Shown in pieces: positions 51,701 through 57,188 of a stretch of 64,000 nucleotides of DNA. How positions within the stretch are numbered: position 1 is the first letter of the stretch; each line of letters starts with the position of its first letter. The stretch is from contig JAQURX010000001.1 in NCBI GenBank assembly GCA_028715415.1, positions 154,584 to 218,583 of the forward strand. The letters run 5' to 3'. The notes below the pieces were generated by a model. It saw only the letters and a program-made list of their open reading frames with translations. It made no database searches and had not been told where the DNA came from. This stretch comes from Candidatus Omnitrophota bacterium (GTDB taxonomy: Bacteria > Omnitrophota > Gorgyraeia > Gygaellales > Profunditerraquicolaceae). The position numbers and the translations under genes were made by a program.

Positions 51701-53341
51701 ACCCGCTTCTTCATAAAATATATCAGGATCTATGCCATCGCTTGCAGAATAATTAGGCCTTTGTGCTTCAGGAAAATTGGCTAAAGTATTCCATACGTCA
51801 GATCCCGGTGTTTGTCCGATTGCATAACGATAAAAACCATTTGAACTATTTCCCGGGAAAAGATAAATATAATCAGTGTTGTTATCTCTTAAATAAGCCA
51901 TTTTATTGCCTGATTCGGCTACTGTAGCAGGAGTAGAGGCCAAATTTTCCCATTTATTATTAGACAGGCTGTAGCGATAAAATTTACGTTGATTTCCGGA
52001 TGGGGCATAATAAATATAGTCGCCAAAACCCGGGTAAAACATGTTTAGGTTTCTTGAATCTGTTTTATATGGTGGCGCGCAGAGCGTATTCCATCTACCC
52101 GTTGCAGTATTAAAACTCCATGGTTTTATATAGTTATAACCGGAAAAGAAAAAAGCATCTCCTGTTGAGTCGGATTGATTTGAGGTATCCGCATAGTACA
52201 TGATTGCTTTATAATTGCTTTTATCTGCAGGAAGCTCTGGAAGCTGTTCCCAATCAGCAGAGCTGTTTGTGTAATCCAGCCTGTAGAAGGTTCTGTAATT
52301 CGTGACATTGTAATCATAACCACCGTCCCCTCTGAGGGTAGCAGTTCTATAGGCGCTGTTAACATAGATATATTTTCCTCTGCCGGGATAATAGAAACCA
52401 GAGTAGCTTGATATTACGTTGTCAAAAGTGTTATTTTGATAAGGCAGCGTCTTTCCTGTTCCCCATGAGTTATCTACTAAATTAAATTTATATATAGATT
52501 TATTTGCGTTTCCTGGAGTGCAGTAAATATACTGGCTTCCTTGAGGATATAATAATGTTCCTCCGTAATTTACATTAAGATCAAGTGAGGTTGAGGTGGA
52601 CCAGTTAGTGCCTCCTACTGAGAGGTCGTATTTCATAAATTTAATGGTTTCTCCACCTATAGTTGCAAATAGCTTAGGAGTGGGATTGAATTGGTTTTGT
52701 TCAACATAAACAATACTCGCCCCCCAGCCGGCAGGCGCTAATAATTTTGCTAACAATACCCACTCGCCTAAGGGGTGTTCGCCATTTGGTAGTGTATAGG
52801 TATATGTTTCAAATGTACCACCTCCGCGGATGGCAAAAATTTTAGTTCCATCAGTGGCCATACTTACTCCAAGCCCCGCAGCAGCTGGTAAAGGCTCAAG
52901 CATCTCCCATTTCCCGTTAACAATATTGTATCTGCCAAAGTATCTACCATCACTTTCTCCGAATATGCAATATACGTATTCGTTAAGTTTTACATAAGCT
53001 GAATACAGCCCCGGTTGAGGTAAAGAATGAAGTGCTGACCAGTCTCCAAGATTCGTAAATGCATCTTTAGTCTCAATTTTAAGCTTTAAACCGGTTGCGC
53101 CATTCTTTTCAACGTTATTAAGAGTTCCATTAAAATCAGCAGAGCTCGTATCGGTTTTAGTAAATGTGTCAGCTAAAAGGGAAACATTGTTTCCTGTTGA
53201 GATATTGCTGGTTTTAGAAGAATAGCTTCCAGCAGGCCAGGATGATTGTGTTACAGTGGCAGCTTTGACATCTGAGAAAATACCGATTTGGCCAAAAATC
53301 AAAGCTTCTGCAAGAATTATTCTTAAGATTTTATTGAACAT
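39800..53341 (-). CDS. Giant secreted multidomain protein (4,513 aa): signal peptide, about 25 Kelch-like beta-propeller blades, 2 LamG/ConA-like domains, about 16 tandem Ig-like beta-sandwich repeats, coiled-coil C-terminus
   Basis: Single uninterrupted ORF with RBS GGAGG. Signal peptide MFNKILRIILAEALIFGQIGIFSDVKA. Recurring xYIYaxxGxxxxxFYRYdxxxNtW blade pattern. LamG signatures (AYWDFEEG...MDEVRLYDKALT and GYWSFEDG...LDEVRFYNRALT). Repeats ending ...s(F/Y)(T/D)W(T/M)VP.DA. Confidence 0.9.
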   Translation of the reverse strand: MFNKILRIILAEALIFGQIGIFSDVKAATVTQSSWPAGSYSSKTSNISTGNNVSLLADTFTKTDTSSADFNGTLNNVEKNGATGLKLKIETKDAFTNLGDWSALHSLPQPGLYSAYVKLNEYVYCIFGESDGRYFGRYNIVNGKWEMLEPLPAAAGLGVSMATDGTKIFAIRGGGTFETYTYTLPNGEHPLGEWVLLAKLLAPAGWGASIVYVEQNQFNPTPKLFATIGGETIKFMKYDLSVGGTNWSTSTSLDLNVNYGGTLLYPQGSQYIYCTPGNANKSIYKFNLVDNSWGTGKTLPYQNNTFDNVISSYSGFYYPGRGKYIYVNSAYRTATLRGDGGYDYNVTNYRTFYRLDYTNSSADWEQLPELPADKSNYKAIMYYADTSNQSDSTGDAFFFSGYNYIKPWSFNTATGRWNTLCAPPYKTDSRNLNMFYPGFGDYIYYAPSGNQRKFYRYSLSNNKWENLASTPATVAESGNKMAYLRDNNTDYIYLFPGNSSNGFYRYAIGQTPGSDVWNTLANFPEAQRPNYSASDGIDPDIFYEEAGSCIVGVPASVGTPNMDIPYIYATRGTNWSTQWSSNSRTRDFYRFDTTNGWVNLAPASPPTTWPYFTPGTNLVYPGSGQYIYATNGDSYILYRYDITTNTWERLADSPVYLACYSGGNSLTYVDLGTKGKYIYAFSGHADEQHGFTWARYCLEAGSLGDIQGTWNELIKTSAGATPFSQYRMGLCHVATGDYKGLYTLPYPDPSFYKFDFDFVNSGDLFASAWSDPLMDYTPMGGYRTGNTAIDSQKNIYVCYGPYATNTLTDIIWVYSVAKGRWADIIRTPFKINGSKIEYVPSSTQGDLGTIYATGGRITNKLYKYNLNTKTWSLTANSCPETFALGTQIIYCPERKSLFFAGVGNFKTNRNKFYEFDTVSGNWSEIMTLPFTQNFYRSNVLTYGLNKDGLPRLFFVNPDKTDTNFFEMSMPNPTSNISSQSMISVDNEAVVANTGAVLFYSTSPDDGRYLYCIPRDPASYLMRYNFNEADTSKQWENIAKLPFNNTDSNGSAHSIVSATVDDGQGGTKEMLYVYNPQYDRFYCYSPNDNKWNEPQGIPELLSYRSAAIGYKGYVFVLNYTGSGTKLLRYNTETDIWDNLETPNFDLSNWSPVMTIAEFQGNAYIYVAQGVSSTGFYRYSIADNTWESKRSSPVSWSYGASLVWKDDSIYALPSGNTTVLKYNLINDSWQTLFSTTPDTIGWGASMVYPGSGNYIWVMRGANSPTIYKFDTTKDNLAGPAAWGEFALAPAVFYNNNSKLIYPGFGNYFYVLQGTNYNQDYSSSVVLRYDFVNNTWSEFSNLPVGIKAPGTLACPGGKYFYALRGQSRYDFLKLYAFSFGDYISSVKEIGKHADWGQFRWFTNGLQSISPSIRTSDKSNMSNATAWSKTIDLRQISAPQVVDGMTKYTANINSAASAKSKDKYVQYKFNFSSNNSTEVPILHKLELDYTRYPVAQQEITSNTYNLGSDNSRALKVNWGESLLPGTDVRFQLRSSTDGISWGEWKGPSLTSQIFNYDFTNVVDYAMDKNINLAPTGGAVITKPAFYWKNIQINNTGDELDSYQVRVNINSSLYNYWDYAQIKGDDIKFVDANGERLEYYIESFTYGGYRHPSNNAVIWVNMPTLPTGITNIKMYYGNKIIDAESNFSRTMDVHKDSANLIAYWDFEEGAGNTIIDVTGKNSGRLYNNSPWVTGKIGKALSFNGINQYVDCEGYGTILNRDWEDFDFNQSFSLEAWIQTSALYGTIARKYDSTKGFVFGVEQGRPALKMYDGTNIISSIGPNNINDGNMHHIALVITRDGSTNTGRFFVDGLPNGAAFNLVSGSNPLGDISNSTNFWLSADTAGNLCFNGIMDEVRLYDKALTQIEIQAHKEFHKYVSPNPTSTVDTNSNQISLFTSGWSYRQPIEISYSCLQDRKDWVGLVKMDLSSNPTFWQRVTNNQARPDGADLRFSDGYQELKYKVISFDSVNKTASFYLKIPYLLSFKNTQRIYLYYGNLSAASPNFSLNNFINATNLIGYWSFEDGQGNSTLVKDSSEDTLNNGKIYTGSTEGIVNGSWLPGKVGNCLNLNGINTYGSIPQADNFGSIVSPPNSEQNFNTDFTVDLWFLLKSNKPGVLIGKADYYNDLNGRYWGFFVRSAYGYLYFYLGCKDGTEYTISTTLPSLNTWHHLSVIYNGNTAQAFQRNSKMYLDGRLVNSRSGAKYALNTNAPLGLGFANGYTSGNTFGSSWGYLNGRLDEVRFYNRALTQEEVRSNYNFGTATDIIQSLTYMSEQDYSNVNYGYSTDNPCIQPVMGVYYNYDFNLNKGVKIDSFNPVKDIPSGTGDELEIKYQISRDGWQWYYWTGAAWQLATTGGYAQANLATEITPARLTVFQRDIAGFNSGDFYYRAFLHSRDGKATPRLASASVTLGGDLTFYTDQTGSTPVNPAYSKLPDYYTIINSAHTEAHNTRYLQYKAILYSDGQEKPVLNNLVIEYVNPYLTVNAVKLNSTGAAVSILNIGSTYDLTWNSDGINGATNTVKIQLHRLDKNDYYTIAENAPNNGLLTWTVPSDATTIPLILSEQSRIRITSNDFDHIVADSPTDLRVLSLKLTSPINGDIWEAGKENFILWDVYGLPPLPPGKEIHPLSIYYRYKNAQNVFSTWTFIGANLDAASGNKSWAIPATISNECQIKIFSPVDAGKYWDSVGATIIDTLNGSFAIVPAPNITVTLPQGLTAIRAGEPLVINWATNQKMFGPNVTLKYLKYNAAEETSYGDITPTPIPIGTVGPTPNSSTIGSYTWTVPLDAIPPRIDLPVRVQVIGTALSNRVAQNGARTIESNPCTGESIDFYVNKPTISISSPSPFITKWVKGDTNIIEWSTSGTISNYLKIDYSIDSTNGINGTWTTIDSDVSNVERKYTWTNIPLEAVGENVWLRITDEGENGSTTTLQGKPQTSVGPFEILNLPKLNIISPPDQTDGATLTMGKIYEIKWETFGNNFIKIGGTPGPDYSGKTYIYYSTAGENGPWTCPLAAIDNTGSTYLQIPTTQTFNAYIKVEIKDSPTSTPKVSGLSGKLSFGTPHIALQVPNGTETWYAHGTHNIVWRNIGAIKNDSLEFYYSTNGGAAGSWIKITNLNNGDIVKVDEVGYSQCTLPWQVPRDIVPEGQNSLQQVKLKIVDTSWLPEDVSDPSNSNFTITKPTITIVSPTTNDSWVVGTTGHPISWQTTGGAQKAIKKLVFEWRNRTNNEFTAIHNPITSSSILDTDQGSFDWMVPTDALPNDPDDQNDKATIRIYDPIADGGSGASKEINFRVGKPVLVFIKPNPDAASETLYMGDTYTIQWTTAGYIPDGVVLTYTDGTNWHNIDTGGPLNSEGSFDWTVGDTYSPGTAYIVIKRPIELPSIPTEYKRESKLFSILYPVITVSRIDGNQPWTVTETRTINWTSLGKLRGPFIVQWSKDNFITSQTINPPVPYDPGHPEYWGPTTTSINWTLPLEAQGLVKVRVNDIYWGLGAGTNYKVFGDTEQPFIVLPKPQLFIDSPNHVQRGTNCLRIGKQYPILWHDNGGVTHNDLRIQYSVNGGPYEDILNKDGSPVALHLSNTGTFLWDIQKNTIPSNNCKILITDNVKWKSDEPNAFGETSNEEIFEIGIPLINLTYPSGTGVYWAVGEKPTITWTTEGYINPDSIALQYTVDTSATPPDGSFTSIAFGLPNDNVAGMGSYTWAGPGGTGIPDLFSLLGRQGQPEIPIQLIAKDGLSNYGPLNLKVKSELKSVIILPKPALELIAPLGTEAKTEYEVGEILPIQWRTKGLSLNKVRLSYFESDTPAITYPIATIDCAPNQTNSFSWTIPNDVLISRKIRIKVTMIDQNNNERADITASSTNDIRFKGAFVITNLDTEAQKRKIVGKTETFTWTTKGSISQVIFEYFNGTSWDNTKTVTINNTGATAGQCNMTIPEPRSEHCRFKITNANDPTVFIESPEFKADYYHITWDVVDYDTHGHLDELGVKEDQTGWLVDITNINAVLLSSPQTRDYPAGNYITRWSKKGYIARAADWRADGDTIQTVLLENEISAQVEWHVLLSTSYNPATDTLRASTWLERRGKLMGPSDSDSDTIKQQILNDLKSATLEIYDNGTLVKTLSTTEPGMGSLYYRDNKGIFWFNWQATGLATGKHYFVKAIINYSAGQYTSGASIDISQAVEQAQQTSQLTSLQQSATTIETKVDDIADKVGKAKKSIEDKIDTQVASVKSDTSQILSTTTSTIVPAVQTIQKEVTTIKKSEILNRDNTIRSTKDLVIRFRSYTGVQPTIQVYDAENKLVLTGNMKPITSSSTSEVAIYEFPVLFDGGWGKGDFTIVCSEATYGTVDAMIISVIKADLEQIAGNVASVMGATSSISTLRDVADNLKTQFSLIETALSQLGKSLVKDVKDAAASANVLDSIYSQLKSVSKEIKQISGDAGVNLEKLYQVTAEKKNDIDYLKNKSQELKATLELNKKMVDNIANKPVTQTWYEYK

Positions 53342-53390
53342 TTAATAGGTCCTCCCTACTACTGTTAATATATAGGTAAATAGCACGCTA

Positions 53391-54398
53391 TTATTTATTT
53401 GGCACATTAAGTTTTTCCTCAAGCTGTTTTGTTTTTTCTTTTTCAATCGCAAGCCTTCTTTGCATGGCTTCCAAAGAAACTTTATCAGCGCGGTATTTCT
53501 CATCCAAATTCTTTATTATAACTGAGTTTTCATGTGCTAGTTTAAGGTTAATTTCACCTTGTTTCTTAAGCATCTCTTTTTGAAGATTTCTTTTAAGATT
53601 AAAAGTGACTTGAGAAAAGTATACAGATATAAAGATCAGTGCTATTACTGATAAAGCCCCAGTAACAAGAAAGAACCTTTTTTTTCTTTTAAATTCCGCA
53701 TCAGGTATAGAGCTATCAATTTCAGATTTATATTTTTCAACTTCAAGTTCAACTTTTTCTATAAAACCGTTTGTGCCAAGTACTGTCTTTTTATTGAGCT
53801 CTTTATTAATAAAACCACTTCTATCTAAAGAAAATTCTTTGATAAATTCTTGATGATCTTTATTTTTTAGATATTTTTTAGTTTCTTCAATTTCACTTGA
53901 GATATTAATGTCTAAACTTGGTTTACCTAAATAATTAGCGAAACTACAATAAGGATAAAGTTCCGGCTCTTTAACAATATTTAGGATTTTAGGATTAAGA
54001 TGAATATAGGAAGCAACCTCTAAAAGATGAGTTTCTTTTTCAACTAAAACCAGTTTAAACCTTTCTTGGAAAAGATGGCCTTTTCTTTCATATTTTGAAT
54101 TGAAATATTTTGTATAGTTTGCATTTAGGTCATGCATAATATCAGAAATTGTTAGTCCAGCTTTTAATTCAATCAATAAATGTAGATGGCTTGGGATCAG
54201 GCAGAAGGCGAATAATTTAAAACCATATTGTTCTTTATATTTCTTTAATAATTCAGCGTAGGTTTTATAATCTTGGACATCTCTAAAAATTTCTTCATTA
54301 TTATCACCGCGGCTTGTTACGTAGTATAGTGCGCCTTCAATAAATTTTTTAGGGACTTTAATCATTTTAAGCCACCTTTTCTTTTTAATGCGTTGCAT
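53391..54398 (-). CDS. IS200/RAYT-like Y1 HuH transposase-domain protein fused to a TM helix and C-terminal coiled coil
   Basis: N-terminal ~140 aa with Y1 motifs (YYVTSRG...FAFCLIPSHLHLLIEL and catalytic-Tyr region GHLFQERF...VASYIHLNPK). Then TM FFLVTGALSVIALIFISVYF and a coiled coil. Confidence 0.6.
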   Translation of the reverse strand: MQRIKKKRWLKMIKVPKKFIEGALYYVTSRGDNNEEIFRDVQDYKTYAELLKKYKEQYGFKLFAFCLIPSHLHLLIELKAGLTISDIMHDLNANYTKYFNSKYERKGHLFQERFKLVLVEKETHLLEVASYIHLNPKILNIVKEPELYPYCSFANYLGKPSLDINISSEIEETKKYLKNKDHQEFIKEFSLDRSGFINKELNKKTVLGTNGFIEKVELEVEKYKSEIDSSIPDAEFKRKKRFFLVTGALSVIALIFISVYFSQVTFNLKRNLQKEMLKKQGEINLKLAHENSVIIKNLDEKYRADKVSLEAMQRRLAIEKEKTKQLEEKLNVPNK

Positions 54399-54444
54399 TT
54401 TTATTGCAACGTTGGTTTATTGCGTGGTACTTTGCAATAATTTT

Positions 54445-54475
54445 AAAAAAAAATCCCAGGCATTTTACCTGGGAT
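54445..54475 (-). terminator. Intrinsic terminator forming the expression platform of the c-di-GMP riboswitch
   Basis: On the minus strand: AATCCCAGG-UAAAAUG-CCUGGGAUU followed by U9. Lies between the aptamer and the start codon at 54398. Confidence 0.75.
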
Positions 54476-54495
54476 TGGTTGTCTTAAGTTTCAAT

Positions 54496-54583
54496 CTTCG
54501 GTAATCTGCCTGTCCCGGAATTTTCCCGGGATGCACGACTTTGCGTCCCTTGATTACTCAAGGTTTGCCTTTTCGGATAAAGA
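54496..54583 (-). promoter_or_regulatory. Cyclic-di-GMP-I (GEMM) riboswitch aptamer
   Basis: Minus-strand RNA CCGAAAAGGCAAACC-UUGAGUAAUCAA-GGGACGCAAAGUC...CCCGGGAAAAUUCCGGGA-CAGGCAGAUUACCGAAG. Carries the two GEMM-I signature blocks (GGCAAACC and GGGACGCAAAG) flanking a GNRA-loop P2 hairpin, a P3 hairpin and the 3' UUACCGA.G element, as in V. cholerae Vc2. Confidence 0.8.
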
Positions 54584-54601
54584 GCATTAATTTCTACATT
54601 A

Positions 54602-54630
54602 AGTATACCATACGCTTGATTTCTTTTCAA
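54602..54630 (-). promoter_or_regulatory. Sigma-70-type promoter for the riboswitch-led transcript
   Basis: Minus strand TTGAAA-17 bp-TATACT, ~15 bp upstream of the aptamer. Confidence 0.55.
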
Positions 54631-54659
54631 GGTGCGTGGCATTTTATCTTTTTGAGGGG

Positions 54660-54986
54660 TTAATTTGCTTTTTTTTGTTGTATGATTTTAGCTTTTTCTG
54701 TTAGCTCTTCCATACGTTTTTTTTCAATTTCCAGCTCTTTATATGTATTTTCTAAAGAAGGTTTACTATTATTGTATTTTTCCGATAATTTCTTGGTTAA
54801 GATCTCTTTTTCTTGATTAAGCGCTACTTTGAAGTCATTCTCTATTATTAAGCTAGCTGACTTGATTTCCACCTTGATACGCGCCATTTCAATAACAAAA
54901 ATAGCTACAATTATTAGAAATACAACGAATAAAATCAGATAAAAATAGTGCAGAAACTTTAGCTTTGGCATATTTAGATTGGACAT
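54660..54986 (-). CDS. Small TM plus coiled-coil protein, paralogous to the C-terminal module of the 53391..54398 fusion
   Basis: TM helix. LSEKYNNSKPSLE...LEIEKKRMEELTEKA aligns with LDEKYRADKVSLE...LAIEKEKTKQLEEKL of the Y1 fusion protein. Confidence 0.4.
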   Translation of the reverse strand: MSNLNMPKLKFLHYFYLILFVVFLIIVAIFVIEMARIKVEIKSASLIIENDFKVALNQEKEILTKKLSEKYNNSKPSLENTYKELEIEKKRMEELTEKAKIIQQKKAN

Positions 54987-55017
54987 TTTAATCTCAATTG
55001 GAACCAGATTGGACGTT

Positions 55018-55746
55018 TTAGTTGGATTTTATAATGCTTATCGTGTTCTTTACTTCTTCTGCATCATCCGCATCCGGCTTTAATTCAAGGTATTTCTCGT
55101 AATTAAAAACAGCGTTCGCGTTGTCTGTTTTTATGTCTTTGTAAAGAACAGCTAAGTTGTAATAAGCATCAGCGTTCTTTTCATCAAAAGTAAGAGATTT
55201 CCGGTATTCTTCAATAGCCTCATCATTCATCCCAGCTTTTGAATAGCTTATAGCTAGATTGTAATGGAATAAAGCTCTTTCTTTTTTTAGCGTAGTTTCA
55301 AGGTCTTTTAATTTGTTTTCAAGCGATTTCTTTTCATCAGATAATTTTCTCTGAAGCACAGCCTGGTCTTTGGTTAACTTTTTTTCATCTTGAGCTAACT
55401 GAGTTTTTTGCCGTTCTAATTCAGCTTCTTTATTTTCTAAAACTTTTTGGGCATCATCCAATTTTTTTTGCAGAGCTTCCTTTTCTTTTTGAAAATCGTT
55501 ATTTAATTTTACATAATTTAATGTGTCGGCTTGCAGTTTCTCGTTTTCTTTTGTGGTAGCCTCTTTTTCAGTTTCAACGCGCTGTTTTTCTTCGTTAACT
55601 TTTACAAGAAGTTGTTTTGTTTGATCTAATTGCCCTTTGAGTGATTTACTATTTAAGAGTAATGCTATGCTTGAGGCAATGGCAATAATGCTTAGCCCAA
55701 TTAGAGAAAAAATGAATGGTTTCGTGCGGATTAATTTATCAAACAT
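55018..55746 (-). CDS. Membrane-anchored coiled-coil/TPR protein
   Basis: N-terminal TM helix, ~130 aa coiled coil and C-terminal TPRs (AISYSKAGMNDEAIEEYRKSL...AYYNLAVLYKD). Confidence 0.5.
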   Translation of the reverse strand: MFDKLIRTKPFIFSLIGLSIIAIASSIALLLNSKSLKGQLDQTKQLLVKVNEEKQRVETEKEATTKENEKLQADTLNYVKLNNDFQKEKEALQKKLDDAQKVLENKEAELERQKTQLAQDEKKLTKDQAVLQRKLSDEKKSLENKLKDLETTLKKERALFHYNLAISYSKAGMNDEAIEEYRKSLTFDEKNADAYYNLAVLYKDIKTDNANAVFNYEKYLELKPDADDAEEVKNTISIIKSN

Positions 55747-56411
55747 TATTTTATTCTTTCTAGTTCTTTAATTCTTTGTTTTGCTTGTTCTGCTCTTGTC
55801 CCTTTGGGTGATATTCCAAGAGATTGCTTGTAATAATTAATAGCTTTGGTTCTTTCATTTTTGTCTATTGAACAGATCATTCCTAGTAAATAAGAGCTTT
55901 CAGCGTCATCAGGAACGTATTGTAAGGCTTCTTCAAAAGCTTTTTTAGCTTGGTCAAAATTGACCGCAAGGGTTTCGCTCAGTCCAAGGTTATAATAAAG
56001 CAGGTTTAAAGTAGCCTTGTCATTCTTTAACTCTTTAGCTTTTGATATTCTTTCCTTAAGTAGCCGGTTAGCTTTAGCCACTTGATCTTTAAGGATATAT
56101 TGCCACTCTAAATAATTAGCTACTCTTCTTTTTATTTGGTAGCTTTCTTCAAACAGTTTCTGCTCAATAGATTGAGATTTTATCAATGAATTTACTTGGT
56201 TTTGCAGAATGGAAGCGGAATTTTTTAGTTTTTGATTTTGTATAAATACGCTAATAAAAAGCATGCTAGATATTGCCAAAGCGACCCAGCTAATTACAAA
56301 TAAAACTAAAATTATTGTAAGCACTTTTTTGGAGTTTTTCTTCTCTGCCATATAAATTCTCCTTAAATATTTACCTGAATGGCTCTTGTAATATAGGATT
56401 GCTTGATTCAA
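55746..56411 (-). CDS. Membrane-anchored TPR protein
   Basis: TM helix then TPR repeats (YYNLGLSE...AKKAFEEALQYVPDD, YLLGMICS...AINYYKQSL). Confidence 0.5.
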   Translation of the reverse strand: MNQAILYYKSHSGKYLRRIYMAEKKNSKKVLTIILVLFVISWVALAISSMLFISVFIQNQKLKNSASILQNQVNSLIKSQSIEQKLFEESYQIKRRVANYLEWQYILKDQVAKANRLLKERISKAKELKNDKATLNLLYYNLGLSETLAVNFDQAKKAFEEALQYVPDDAESSYLLGMICSIDKNERTKAINYYKQSLGISPKGTRAEQAKQRIKELERIK

Positions 56412-57174
56412 GCATATTTATCAGGTATTCAATGTCTTTCCTGTTAGGTGCATCAGGCTTAATCCATAAGTATTGTTTAAAATGATAGATCGCTTTAGAG
56501 TTGTTATTTAGTGAATGTTTGTATAATAATCCTAAATCGTAGTGGACTTGCGCGTTTTTACGGTTGATTTTTAATGATTTAGTGTAGGCGGTTATTGCAT
56601 CTTCATAGAGTTTAGCTTGAACATAAGCAGTCCCTAATTTTTCATATAATTGAGCCATTTCAAGGTCTCTTTTGTTAGATAATGTATAAACTTTATCTTG
56701 TAACTTTTCTATTGATTCTTTTGACTTTTCTCTTTCTTTCTCTAGAGTTTTCTTTAAAATCAGCCGTTCGTCATTCATATTTTTGGAAAGTTTCTCAAAA
56801 TTAGTCAGTTCCGCCTGCTTTTGCTTAAGTTCATCGGTTTTTAGGTTCAATTCTTTGATTATCTCCTCAAGTTGATTCCTTAAGCGTTCTTCATTTGTTT
56901 GTATTGATTTAATTTTGCTTTCCGCTTTTATACCAGGATTATCAACTTTTACCTGAGTTGGTTGTTGCGGTAGTTTGTTTTCTTTTACGGATATTTTAAC
57001 TTTATCTTTATTCTTATCTTTTATAACATCATTTATAAGGTTGATGGTATCTTTTTGGGATACGGGATTAATCTGTTGAGATTCTTTGGCTTGGGCAAAA
57101 GCAACTCTTTGAAGTCCTAAGGCTATCAATATTGCTAATATTGTGACCCAGGCTTTCTTTTCGTTTTCTCTCAT
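56371..57174 (-). CDS. Secreted/periplasmic coiled-coil/TPR protein
   Basis: Signal peptide, coiled coil and TPRs (LYEKLGTAYVQAKLYEDAITAYTKSL...VHYDLGLLYKH). Confidence 0.5.
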   Translation of the reverse strand: MRENEKKAWVTILAILIALGLQRVAFAQAKESQQINPVSQKDTINLINDVIKDKNKDKVKISVKENKLPQQPTQVKVDNPGIKAESKIKSIQTNEERLRNQLEEIIKELNLKTDELKQKQAELTNFEKLSKNMNDERLILKKTLEKEREKSKESIEKLQDKVYTLSNKRDLEMAQLYEKLGTAYVQAKLYEDAITAYTKSLKINRKNAQVHYDLGLLYKHSLNNNSKAIYHFKQYLWIKPDAPNRKDIEYLINMLESSNPILQEPFR

Positions 57175-57188
57175 TTTCCCTTTCCTTA

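Noticed and set aside
53391-54398. Active IS200/IS605 insertion sequence
   Set aside because: There is no tnpB and no subterminal hairpin ends. The Y1 domain is fused in-frame to TM and coiled-coil modules, and it sits under a riboswitch as the first gene of a large operon. It is more likely domesticated.
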